NCBI GenBank assembly: GCA_963693365.1
Contig: CAVNZM010000014.1
Coordinates: forward strand, 558,001-622,000
Length of the DNA: 64,000 nt
Direction: 5' to 3'
Source: Amoebidium appalachense
Taxonomy: Eukaryota; Protista; Ichthyosporea
A program made the translations under genes and the position numbers. A model generated the notes under the pieces. The model was not told the origin of the DNA. It ran no database searches and saw nothing but the letters and a program-made list of their open reading frames with translations. Positions 1-40,221 of this stretch are shown in pieces (within the stretch, counting starts at the first letter, position 1; each line of letters begins with the position of its first letter).

Positions 1-115
1 CCTTAGTATCAAAAGTTAGCTTCCATTTCCACCTGAACACCATCTCACATAAAATTTCTGTTTGCTCTTATATTAGTACACTAACAATCCCTAACAAACA
101 TACGCGTACACATAC

Positions 116-5884
<5,769 letters not shown>

Positions 5885-6604
5885 GGTGTTTGTTTGTGTT
5901 CACAAGTACGTGTGTGTACGTGCGAGGGTGCTCGTGTGTGTGCGTGTGTGCGTCTGTATGACAGTGCGAATATACCTGTATCCTAGGTTTCAAAAGGTGT
6001 GGGAACAGAACGTTCCCGCACGTAGCGTCTGCCGCCGCATGTCCCAAACCACCTCCAAAGCTGCACTTATCACCTTCTTCGAACCTGCTTGCACAAAGCG
6101 CATATTCTGCAGTTGGTTCAATGTTTCAATCGGGCTAGTGCGACAAAACCCAAGTAACGGCCATAATCAACACCGTACCCTCACCACATATACTTGTTCT
6201 ATCGCTTAGTCAATAGAAGAACGGTATATACGTCCTATACAGCCTATACTAAGCCTTCGGGAACAGCAACGTTCTAATGAACTTCACACTTCAACTCGCA
6301 GCTGCGTGCAGGTGACATAAACACGAGAAAAGCACACGCAGAACAGACGAAACATGATTGGCTTAGACAAGAGCCACCTTCTATATATGGCTACTCCTGA
6401 CATCATCACTACCGTTTGATTGGTCACTGTACTCTCGTCTTCAAAACCTGATCATCCTGTGTGTCCGCTCTGTGTGTCACAGACTGTCGCGAAGGTGCAA
6501 GAGAGAGGGGGGAGAGAAAGAGAGAGGGTGTGTGTGCGTTTGTGTGGGAGTAAAGTGAAAGTTACTTTGCATAAACTAACTGCTAGTAAGGTAAAAGTGT
6601 TATA
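5885..6604. promoter_or_regulatory. Putative bidirectional promoter and 5' UTRs between head-to-head Raptor and GET4
   Basis: 720 bp between divergent ATGs (5884 on -, 6605 on +), nearly free of the long microsatellites that fill the introns. Confidence 0.6.
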
Positions 6605-12928
<6,324 letters not shown>

Positions 12929-13649
12929 ATGTGGTTGGGTGTTTCCTTCTCTTTCCTTCTCTTTTTTTTTCCTCTTTTTTTTTAAAAAAATATTTTTTCC
13001 TACTTATTTGTGTGAACTGCACTAGGATGTTGATGTTACGTGTACATGCGAAGGTTGTGTTCTGGACCTGTTTGTGCATGTGCATGTTTGGATGGGGGGG
13101 GGGGGGGGCTTCGATTTTGGGTTTTTGATCGATGGCCAATAAGCCGGAATAGAATGCACACGACTATACCCGTAGGAACATGTCAGTGTAAATATTGCTT
13201 GTAAATATGTAATGCTGTTTTCACGGTGATAGTCTTTGTTTGAGCTACACCTCCCAAATCCATGCCACATATACGTTATACACATCAATACCCCCATCCA
13301 CACTCGAACCATTACATTTGTTTTAAATCTATCATGGCACTGATTAATACCCATGCACACACACTTCATTATATCGTTTGGGGTTCGGGCACACACATAC
13401 CTTCTAGCACCGTATGACCCACTGCATGCACGTATGGCTGGATGCAATGAAGGGTGCCGGCCGGTCTGTGGCCTGGTGGATCCGTAAATGTTGAAAATGG
13501 GTCCAGAAATGCTGGGCCAGGCCACAATGCATCCTCCCCCCCCCCCTCCCCCCTACACACACACACACATCGTGCACGTGTACGTATGTACAGGCAGGCA
13601 CGTGTACCGTAACGGTAATGGTGTACGCGCGCGCACAGCCATATGCAAT

Positions 13650-13681
<32 letters not shown>

Positions 13682-13720
13682 CCTCTCTCTCTCCCCCTCT
13701 CCCTCTCCCTCTCCCTCTCC

Positions 13721-13863
<143 letters not shown>

Positions 13864-14245
13864 CTACCGGGAGGTTTAAAAATGAAGCCATTTTGGGGCT
13901 TGAGTCAGCCTCCAACGGATCGATGCATGGCGCCGTTTTCAAATGTTTGTTTACATGACCATTTATGGCAAAGAATGTCGCCATTATGACCATATATGGT
14001 TCTTTTCTTTCGCCCGTTGCGCCACTCACAAGTCGCCAGTGTCATGCAACCGGCAACCAGCTACGCACAGCTCACTCGTCAGCTGCAGTGCACAAGTTGA
14101 AGCAACAAAAACAACATAAAACCACTATAAGAATAGAACTACAAAGTCATATAATACACTTGCGTGCCAGTCACTGAGCGAACAGCAAACTAGCACACTC
14201 TGCCACCGGCCCAATTGCAACCATTTGCAGTGCAAATAGCTCACC

Positions 14246-15994
14246 ATGGCTTACACGGCTGCGAAAGAGTTAGCCCTGCCGGCCCTGGTGACGTCTGTGT
14301 TCTGCCTGTGCTACCTGGCCTTTGATGTGATATCCATAGGTGGGTGAAACATGAGCTCTTAACCACGGCCATCAAGAAACACCGTGTTTCTAGATGGCCG
14401 TGGCTCTTAACCTAATGATCGACGAGCCTAAAAACGTTTTATGGTGCATGTAATGTGTTTCAGGCATGGTTTTCCTTTCGAGTTGGAACTGTTCGAAACG
14501 CCACCTCCCGAGTGTTTGCAGAACTTCAAGCAGCACTGCATCAGTGCCCCTCCCCCTCCTTCTCCCTCTCCCTCTCTCCCTCTCTCTCTCCCCCTCCCTC
14601 CCTCGCCCCTTTCGCTTTTCCAATCCCACCCCTGTTTTCTCCTCTCAATTGCATACCCCCTCCCCCCTCACTCCAAACTTGTCCCCTTCCCCTCACCGGA
14701 ATTCCAGCCTTGGGCGGCACAGCACATTGTGTTTCAATTCATGCCTACCCCATCCCTACTGACACTATTCATAATGGGCAGGTGGTTTGCGCAGGCGTCA
14801 CGGCATCCTCTTCCCACGCATGAGCGGTCACGAGGAATCCGAGCGTGCCTACCGCGCACAGATGAACCAACTTGAACAGATGCCCATTTTCTTTGCATCT
14901 ATGTGGCTGTCTGCCTTGTTGTATGATCCGACGTTTGCCGGGTCCGTGGGTGCGCTGTGGGTGTGTTTGCGGGTGAGATATGGGTTTGTTTACAGAGGGT
15001 CGGCGGACAGGGGCGCACTGATGAAGTAAGTTGCGATGGTGTGCTGGTTATGTGTGGGTTGGGAGGGGTGCTTTTTGTTGTGCAGGCCTGGGGATGGTTT
15101 TGTTTGCCATGGGCACACATCATGTGCATATTATGTAACACACACACACACACCCATATTCTGTCTACACCCCCCCCCCCCCCCCCTTCCGTCCCCTCCT
15201 TTCTCACCTTTCCCTCCCCCCTTCCCCCCGCCCTCCCCACGTGTCACACACACACTTTCTCTTTTTCTCTCTCTCTCTCCCCCCCCTATCCCTTACTTCC
15301 TCTCTCTCTCTATTCCTCTCCCTCCCTCTCTCTGTGTTGTGTGTGGGTGTGTGGGTGTGTGTACATGCACGGGCTTCATCCCTCTCTCCTTCTCTGAGGC
15401 TCCCTCTTCCTTTATCCTGTCTCTCTCACTATTCCACCCCCCTTGCCTCCCTCTTTTCTAGTTTGTGTTCTTGTGTGTTCCATTCCGGCTTTAACATAAA
15501 CCGACCTCTATTATAAGCACCACCAAAAATTCATTTGCCCCGGTCACTCTTCTGTCGCCCTTATGTTTACCTCCACCCTCACTATTAGTCCTCTACCCAC
15601 CACCCTCTCTCCCTCTTTCTCCCTCCCTCCCCCTTATCCCCCCCTCCCCTCACCCCCACCCCCCTTCTCTCTCTCTCAGGCTCTCGCTCTCTCGGCACCC
15701 TCTCTCTTTGTCTCTCTCTCCCTCTCTCCCTCTACCCTTCTTCTAACCCCTCCAAAGTAACCCCCCCCTCCCCCCTCCCACTTCAAAGTAACCAAATGGA
15801 GGAAAGAAAATGGATGCATGGGCTATAGTGTTTCACGTGCACGCCAACTCCTGCCACCGTCCCCCACTGCCTGACGCCCCCGAATGGCCCCGCAGCACAC
15901 ATTGTTGATACTCTCCCCCTCCCCCCACCCCACCCCACCCCCTCCCCCCAACCACCACCAAAGCACACAAAAACACAAACATACACACACACAC

Positions 15995-16077
<83 letters not shown>

Positions 16078-16516
16078 AGAGAGAATAGAAGAAGAAGAAG
16101 AAGAACGAAAAAAAAGAAAAAGAAAAAAGGAAACGTCAAACACACCAGCACCCCCTTCTCCTCTATCTCCCCACTTTCACATGTCCACCCCTCCCACTCT
16201 TCTGCTGTAAGCACACATTTTTGAATGCGACGTGTTGGTATATGTGTGCCTGGCACGTCCATGCATCACTCATACTAGACACAGAAACCTAACACCCCCC
16301 CCCCCCCCCCCCCCCAGAATGACGCTTCCAGCCTATTTCTGTGTGATCTCTCTGCTGTGCACGGTGTATTACTCGTGCCTTTTGGCGTACTTTGGAGACA
16401 AGAGCAGGGCAGTGGGTGGTGCCGTGGTGTTGGCTGTGGGTATCATTTATGGGGGCTACAAAAATAGAATGGCCCTGCAGTATGGTGGAGTGGTTGCGGA
16501 GGAGAAGAAAAATTAG
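14246..16516 (+). CDS. MAPEG-family membrane protein (microsomal glutathione S-transferase 2 / LTC4 synthase-like), about 178 aa
   Basis: Exons 14246-14339, 14782-15025, 16318-16516 join in frame. MAPEG signature SGHEESERAYRAQMNQLEQMPIF, then LRVRYGFVY; at least four hydrophobic segments. Confidence 0.88.
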
Positions 16517-17605
16517 CTTTTTTTTGCGTCTTTAAAGCTTGATTTACTAAGCTCTTTTAGATTGCTTTGAGTTTCAGTCTGCTCGTACGGAATGTTCGTT
16601 GGTGGTAGTATTATGGGATTTATTCAAAGATGTAGCTACTATAGCGTGTCGTTGCCCACGGGCTGGGGGGGGGGGGGACTAGTTATTGGTGGCTCTGAGA
16701 CGTAAGTAATGACGGCATGATCAGCTGATGAATAAAAAGAAAGTGAATGGTTGGTATGCTGTATATGGTCGGTTATGTTGAGGGAGAAACAGAAGGGTGG
16801 TGAAATTATTGTGCAGAGGTTTGAAAATAATCAATGAAACAACAGCGATTTGAGTTGAAAGGCTTTGCAATTGAAACAGTGTGGGTGTTGCCATAGTGAT
16901 TATGGTTTTGTAATTTTTGTTTTCGCCCTTCACGCCTGCAATTGGGGTATTGGATGATGGTGGCTTTCTGTCCACACATATGACACTTGAGTATATAACA
17001 CCCGCATGGCCACTGAATCAGGTGATGGCATGACAAACATCCTTCCGAGCCCAGAAAAAGCAATAACCTGGCCCGATTAATATTACGTATACACACGAAA
17101 CCTGCATTGCCATGCATCATGCATACACCCATGCCATCGACATCCACACGCGCACACCGTACTGTATGAACACAACCGTTCAGCGCCAATCGCAGGGCAA
17201 GAATAATTGAATGGCAGGATACATGTAGATCCGGTAGAAGTACATAACTGGTTAATCCCGCCCCCACTCGCCCAGACCTGCCCACCACCCACCTTCCCCA
17301 CGTATCCCCACACCTGCGTATACAATAATGTGTATACAGGCGGCGCACACGACAAACACATGCACCGTGTATGAGTACTAGGTAGTGCACATCAGCATGT
17401 TTGCAAACACACACAAACTTTTCACAACACACACACACACAGTCACACACGCATCACATACACACACGCGTAAACGCACATGCTGCATGCACACGAGCAC
17501 GCGCACGCGGGCGCGCACACACACACTAACACACACATCACACACACACACACACAGACAGACAGACATACACAAACGCACACACACACACACACACATT
17601 CTCTC

Positions 17606-17653
<48 letters not shown>

Positions 17654-17886
17654 CCCCCCCCCCCCTCTCTCTCTCTTTCTCTCAGCGCTGCCTAGCCACA
17701 GGCATTGCCCGTTGTTTTTGCTTGTTTGCCTACAACGGTAGCCACTCCACATTCGCGGGCCGGGTGTACATTTGGTCGGTGCTGTTGGTGACCGGTGGGG
17801 GGGACGCGATCTTGGAGTTGATTGGCTGTTAAATTTCTCTAAATCACTGCACGGAATCTGATTGGTTGATCCCGTTCGAGGCCACA

Positions 17887-18052
17887 TGAACACGTGCACA
17901 GATTTCATGTGAACACGTGCACACAGTTCACATGAACGCACGTGCACGCAATTCACAAGAATACACGTGCACGCAGTTCACACGAACACGTGCACAGTTC
18001 ACACGAACACGTGCACAGTTCACATGAACACGTGCACAGTTCGCATGAACAC
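17887..18052. repeat. Minisatellite, about 8 copies of a 21-25 bp unit (CACGTGCACAGTTCACAYGAA)
   Basis: Tandem units visible directly; units carry the palindromes CACGTG and GTGCAC. Confidence 0.85.
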
Positions 18053-18157
18053 GCCCAATGAGACAACTGAATGTGAACGCAAGCACGGGTGGTGCAATTC
18101 GGGGCCCCAGCCACAGAGACCAATCATTTTTTTATATCAGTCTTTATTCAACTATTC

Positions 18158-18223
<66 letters not shown>

Positions 18224-18776
18224 CTCCACATACTGATATGTACAGGCACGTACACACATCCTATTATCCACCAACTTTATCCACCACCACAAGCGGGCGC
18301 TAGCTTATTACCCAACAGCCAATTAGAACCTGTAATAGTCTGGGTTTTAACCTTTAGCCCCTAATGGTATGGTTTTATCGCGATAGATCGAATCCAACCC
18401 GGTGTAGTGCAGTTATTTTTGTCTCGTGTTTCTATACTGAATCTAATCTACATAAAAAAGAGAAATAGCAAAAACAAGCGAAAGTACTCTGTTATATCAT
18501 AAGGATGACGGGGCTGTACTGTAAATATAGGTGTCCCAATCCTATTAACAAAGAAAAAAGTCATTTATCATCACTACACAAAAAAATTTGGCATCACCTA
18601 TTACCCTACCCTTACCCCATCACAACATATACCTGCTAATTCATTATACATTATATATCGGTATAGTACAACTGTGCACGTGTTCATCGTGTCTCTAATG
18701 TGCATGTATAAAACACCTGCATGTGTCTTTATGATTAACACATGCACACACCATTCACACGCATTACCCCGCACGC

Positions 18777-33614
<14,838 letters not shown>

Positions 33615-35131
33615 GTTTCCGTTTAAGCACTAGCCTACAGCTTGATAGGTATAAGAAGGTCTGATACCAAAATACGGTAGTCTACTAAGTGTAATGGGCT
33701 GGGGTGTTAGCGGGGCCCCATCTTTACAGCCAAGCATGAGGTCAGGGTTGATGTGATTCTAATTGTTCTTATAAAATGGCGTGTATATTAACACTCCATC
33801 CTCTAACCGAGTGCGCTCCTGGTGCAGTTTTCAACAACTTGCCAAGTAAAGGCGTACACCATAACCCTAAATTATACAAAGAAAGGTTATTGGCCACAAG
33901 ACTTTCGCTGTGTCCTGGAATAAAAACTTGTACGTTTCGTGCCGTGGCTGCGTCCAGTCACCGCACAGCCGGCCCTTGTACATGTCGAAATCCACAAAAA
34001 AGTTGACACCGAGTGCCGACAGGACAGCCCTCAATATATTTTAACGCTAGCTATTAATACGTGGATACGAGCTGCATAACAAGCAACACGACTTCAAAAG
34101 TTCAACTAAACAAAAATAGGTAGTATTCAAGAAAACATGTCTTTATTTTTAGTAATAAATGCTTACTGTAATACTCAACTAATATATTATATTATACTAT
34201 TATAGGTGAGTAAAAGCATATGTTACATCCTCATAACAGCCCAACGGATAGCATGTTTGCCGGGCCATCGTCAGCCTACCGCGGTCCTATGCTCTGTAGA
34301 ATCACGCGTTACTAATGCCGCATTCCATCAAAGAGCTCTTCCGTGTTGACTGGCTAGTTTTCAAAATTGGGAAATTTTAGGAATGCGATGAACTAACGTC
34401 TAAATTTTACGCAACCTTGTGAGCTGTGACGACGTTGGGCAACGGACCTGCACTCTGCCGAAGTTCACGACCCCACGTACACGGTAGTACAAAGGGTAGA
34501 AACGCTCGCGCGCGTGTGCGTGTTGTGTGCTGTGTGTGTGTTGGTGGGGGGGGGGGGGGGGGGGGGGGGGGGTGGACATTTCAGGGCATCCTAATACGAA
34601 CCATGGGACGGATAGGTACATTTGCTATGTGTGCGTGTGCATGCATGCGTACATGCAAGAAAGTCGCGGCCAACAGGTTGGGCCGGATGCGGCTTCGTAT
34701 TGATAGCTAATAAACTCTCGAGGTTTTAGTGGTAGATTCTGGGGCCATACGAACAGACTTACGCCACATTATTCCACAGAGTGTTCCAAAGCCCTGGCTC
34801 GCCAAGCAAGTCTCAGGCAAAGGCAAAACAGTTTCATGGAATAGGACAAAGTATGGCATCGTGTTTTTAATTTACTTGTGTGCAGTGCAGACAGACATGC
34901 AACTGTTTGAGATCACATAAGGCGTGAGTAAGACCTGCAGGGGAAGCGAACGAAACAAATAGAACAGAAAGGCTTGGTCAAAGAAGGCGCCTGGGGTATG
35001 GTTGCCTGTGGGTGGTGGTGGTAGTGGCTGTGTGCGTGTTAATGGTAGCGCTTTCAAAGTTTTTGGGTGTATGTATGTTGGGGGGGGGGGGGGGGGGGGG
35101 GGGGAAGGGGGGGGGGGGGGGGGGGGGAGGG

Positions 35132-35170
<39 letters not shown>

Positions 35171-35846
35171 GCGGCGGTTTAGAACCTATCTTCAAGGCGA
35201 AAGTAATCTGGTTCAGGGCGTGAATCATAAGGGAAGAACACAGCAAGGAAGGGGATATTTTAGAGGGAGAGTGCTGGTATTAGGGACAAGCGTTTTGTTT
35301 AAAGCCTTCATGATATGGGTGACAGACAAAGAGGGCATAGTGGGCAACTGCAGACCTCGAAGATGTCTCAAGGAAGAAAGTCTCAAAGGGGAGGGGAGGG
35401 GGGGGCAGGGGAATGAGGAGGGGGGGGGGAAGCCGGCCGAGCACACCTGCCAGTGTTGTGTAGTTGTGCCTAAATTAGTACCCATTCTGTGCACCTATAG
35501 CCCACTTGTCATGTATGCGAGTAGCTGTGCGTGCGTGCTTGTACGTGTGGGTTGCACAGCAGCAGCGACCGTCAGTGTGCGCCTGCATCAGGACACTTCA
35601 GTCCAAGCACTATTTTTTTTGTTTACACACAGTTCACTGATTGGGTGAACGAGATCATGACCTGGTTACTTCACCTCAAGTACATTTCAACGTTTCCCTG
35701 TCAACCCCATGCTTCACTCCTCGGCCGTGTATACTGTAAAAAGCACCCCTAACAATCTGAGTACCAAAAGATAGTTTACCATTCCCAAGTTACCCCAATG
35801 CTAACATGGTCAAGTGCTTGTATGCCAGCCTCGCACATCAGTCTAA

Positions 35847-37058
35847 TCAGACCTTTAACATATCTATATACTCCATAAACACCCTATCTACCAACCCCAG
35901 TTTCAAATAGGGTTCAAAGAATAGTGGTGCTGTAGCCAAAAGAACTCCGTATGTACAAGCCACACCCAACCATCCTCTCAACGCTATCCCTCGAAGTATG
36001 GTCACACCCTCCAGCACTACCAACAGCCCCTGCAGAACAAAAAACACAAACTGCTCCCCTGTTGCTGTGCCCATAGCCCAGTAGATCATCTGCTCGTGCC
36101 AAAGCCCACTAGCAATAAAAGTCGCAAACACACCCACACCCCGCTGTTTGAAAGTCGGCTTGGCAACCCCATTATTCTTCATGAGCACCGACACTATCGG
36201 TAGGTATACACCATGTCTGAAGTTTTCTGCAATGGCCATGTTCCAGCTTTTTCCCCAAAACTCGCCCAGAGTGGTAGTTGAGTGCAGCCCCGAATATGCC
36301 GTTGTAGGAGACCAGCCAAAGATCATAGCGGTAATGAGCTCCCATATTGCATAGTGGGCTGTAGTGGCTGCCATTTGGCAGTGTGCTATCAGCGCATACT
36401 GCACCACCCAACCAAGCCGTTCCTGCACGTACCAGTATAAGCACCCAGCACCAAGCAAGTAGACCTGCTTGACGTGAAACCAGAAGAGTAGTGCTCTAAC
36501 ATCTGGCTCGGTCTGCTTCTTGTCCACGCCCATGCCGCCTACTGCCCTGCCAAGGTGGTTGTCACCTGTTGCATCTGCCACCGGCAATTTGCGATGTTTT
36601 AGCTCTGCCGTAGGGGGTTCCGTGTTTTTCGGTTTCACACTCTGTTGAGGGCCTTCATTCGTAGGTGTGTGTGTGTCGTCCCCATTACTGCGTTGCGGCT
36701 TAGAATCGTTAAAAATGCTGTACGGGTTAAGTGAGATGGGAACTATCATGGTGTAGGCGAACACGGTGAAGTTCTTTGCTCTTTCGGCCAAACCGTGGCC
36801 AAAACAGAATGAGAGGAGACGAAACTGAAAGGCTCCAGAGTAGAAGCACATTGTCATGGCTATGTTTACCTCACTTTCTGGCACGTACAATAGAGGGCCC
36901 ACGAAGCAGCATGATACCAACAGCGGTAAGCTGAGGGTAAGGCGCCATATTCCCACTTGTGCTTGGCGAACGATAAGATACGAGTAAACGGTGGAAAGAA
37001 AAAGGAAGAGAAAACCAGCACCTATGCGGGCGCCCACGCTATAGTGTGTTGTAAACAT
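35847..37058 (-). CDS. Intronless membrane-bound O-acyltransferase, MBOAT_2 / wax-synthase (long-chain alcohol O-acyltransferase)-like, 403 aa
   Basis: Single ORF with many TM segments; motifs STTTLGEFWGKSWNM, ATFIASGLWHE (catalytic His) and FFVLQGLLVVLE typical of plant-type wax synthases and fungal TRI7-like MBOATs. Confidence 0.9.
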   Translation of the reverse strand: MFTTHYSVGARIGAGFLFLFLSTVYSYLIVRQAQVGIWRLTLSLPLLVSCCFVGPLLYVPESEVNIAMTMCFYSGAFQFRLLSFCFGHGLAERAKNFTVFAYTMIVPISLNPYSIFNDSKPQRSNGDDTHTPTNEGPQQSVKPKNTEPPTAELKHRKLPVADATGDNHLGRAVGGMGVDKKQTEPDVRALLFWFHVKQVYLLGAGCLYWYVQERLGWVVQYALIAHCQMAATTAHYAIWELITAMIFGWSPTTAYSGLHSTTTLGEFWGKSWNMAIAENFRHGVYLPIVSVLMKNNGVAKPTFKQRGVGVFATFIASGLWHEQMIYWAMGTATGEQFVFFVLQGLLVVLEGVTILRGIALRGWLGVACTYGVLLATAPLFFEPYLKLGLVDRVFMEYIDMLKV

Positions 37059-37839
37059 GGTAATGTCCTGCGTGAACGCTTTGAAGTGGAGGTGGCTAGG
37101 CTGAACGATTTCAAATGTAGTATATGCTCCAAAGGTAAACTGTATTTGATATAGAATGTTTGACTGCAGATGTGGTGCTTGTGAGCTTCAAAGTTGTGTA
37201 ACCATGAGTGGCCTAAAAGATCACAGTGTCTCCACCCTAAAAGGATTGTCCGCCTTTACCAGCAGATTAGCAGCCTAAGTAGTCCATCGCAAGTGAAATA
37301 TAGGGCCTGATGATCATAACATATAAACCTTAGCAGTGGTGTAGAAAGTGCGGTTTTGTCGGTGTAAGAAGTGCGGTTGCTAAGAAAGCATCAGCGTTGA
37401 AGCAAACCTCGAACACTTCTAGCCGTTCTCTATATTTGCCAATGAGTGATTAATGGGCCAATCTGCTGGAATGGGTAAACTTGTAGAGCTGCATATGCGT
37501 GCAGCTTGTGTTCACATAAACTTTCGTCCGACGTGAAGACGTTTCAGTCAAACAGAGCTGGTTCTACAGAGTCGCCTGTGTCAAAAGTTTCGTTTTTCCT
37601 CCGTAAGTACTGTAAGCTCACGTTTGAACGGCATGCGCAAACACATGCCGCGATTTTAGAGTGCACCAGTAGGAACAAAAACTGATAACGTGTGTGTGTT
37701 CATAACATTGCGAAATGACTTTATTTGGTTAGATTTAAATCTCGCCTATTTGTTACTGTTTGTTTATCAATTATGGCGGATATGATGATTGGACCGGAAC
37801 GCACCCAAGCAAAATAATGCTGATGAAAATAATCCCTTT

Positions 37840-38660
<821 letters not shown>

Positions 38661-39988
38661 CCTTTCTCTCCCGGACCCCACCCGCCCCCCTCCCCCCCAC
38701 CCACCCACCCTCTGCAAATACTGTCTGCAACTCCTACAAACGAAGTCATGGTTCTTCAGTCAACATGCGTGCATGCGCGCGTGCGTGCGTGCGTGCGTGC
38801 GTGCGTGCATGCGTAAGCTCGTGCGTGTATGCATGCATGCATGCGCCCGTGTTAAAGATGCTTGACAATCGTCTGTGGAAACGATTCCGGGGCGTGCATA
38901 CATACCCGGAACAGTGACCCAGGCCCACTAACACATATATGCGCCCCTGTGCGTGTACGTGGCAGATTTCACGGGGCCTTCGGCCTTTAAGGTTCGCCAC
39001 GTTGTTTAGACGCGTGTGTGCATGCCTGAATGTGTGTAGTAGTGTCTGTGTGTTTGTGTGCAGGCGCGTGGCGCTCACGGTGTGTCCGTTTATGTGTGTG
39101 TGTGTGTGTGCGCGCGCGCGTTTTCCATGTGTGTGCGTCTGTGCGGCACTGCACGTGTGCACATGAATGTGCGCGTTTGTTTTTTTATGGTGTGTGCATG
39201 ACGCCTTGTGCGTGCCTCCCGTGAAGTGTCTGCTTTTGCATGTACGTACACCGTTGTGGTGCCTCATATATATTAAGGCTCTAATCGTGATCCTTCCGCT
39301 TAATTAGAATTTCAAGGCACATTGTGCAGATGTTGTCAGCTTATCCACCGTCAGTACCACCACAAACCTGGCAGGCATCTTGTCATTCTAAAACACATGA
39401 TCGTATGTGAACCAACTAGCACCTGTGTTTAAATTCTGTTAGTGTGTTTTGAGTGATGGGGAGGCCCGGTGCACCCACTATCGAGGCACGGGCAAAGCCC
39501 CTGACTTAATTGTGCACTAGTATTTTGATTTGGTGGAGGTGTGCTAGCTTGTCGTTAGCACCATTAGCACTCCAATGATTTTAGCTAGGGCACAGCCTGA
39601 AATAAGCTTAGTGGAAGACGGCAATTTCTTTGAGGAAACCATAGGTGTTTCCTCCGGGGACAAGCCATGATAATAATAAAAATGCTGTTGGGAAATATGG
39701 ACTTGATACCCCACTTGTGCCCGGGGCGCCTGGGGAGGGGGGGGGGGGGGGGTGGGGGGGGGGGAGGTGGAGAGAGAGGGTATAATAGCAGGTTGCCTTT
39801 GTGGAGTGGGGGGGGGGGGGGGAGGGGGGGGGGAGGTACACGCATTTGCGCGCGCAAACATACGTGCATGCGCACACACAAACATACACAGGCACGCACA
39901 TGCAAAAACATGCACACACGCACACACACACACAAAAAAAACCGCACACATATACACGCTCACACACGCACACAAGCGCACACAGGTG

Positions 39989-40083
<95 letters not shown>

Positions 40084-40221
40084 CGTGCACACACACAGAC
40101 ACGAACACACGTGACACTATGGAACGTCATGATCACACATTGAAACGCACACAAGCGGTCACAAAATGTGCACATGCTGCACGATGTAATTGCAGAGCTC
40201 TCGAGCCTCCTTTTAAACAGA

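Noticed and set aside
39544-39735. Possible terminal exon (..GYQVHISQQHFYYYHG..) on the minus strand
   Set aside because: No linked exons or recognisable homology.
39801-40221. N-terminal part of the 424-aa ORF as LINE protein
   Set aside because: It is (CA)n microsatellite read-through; RT similarity starts only near 40222.
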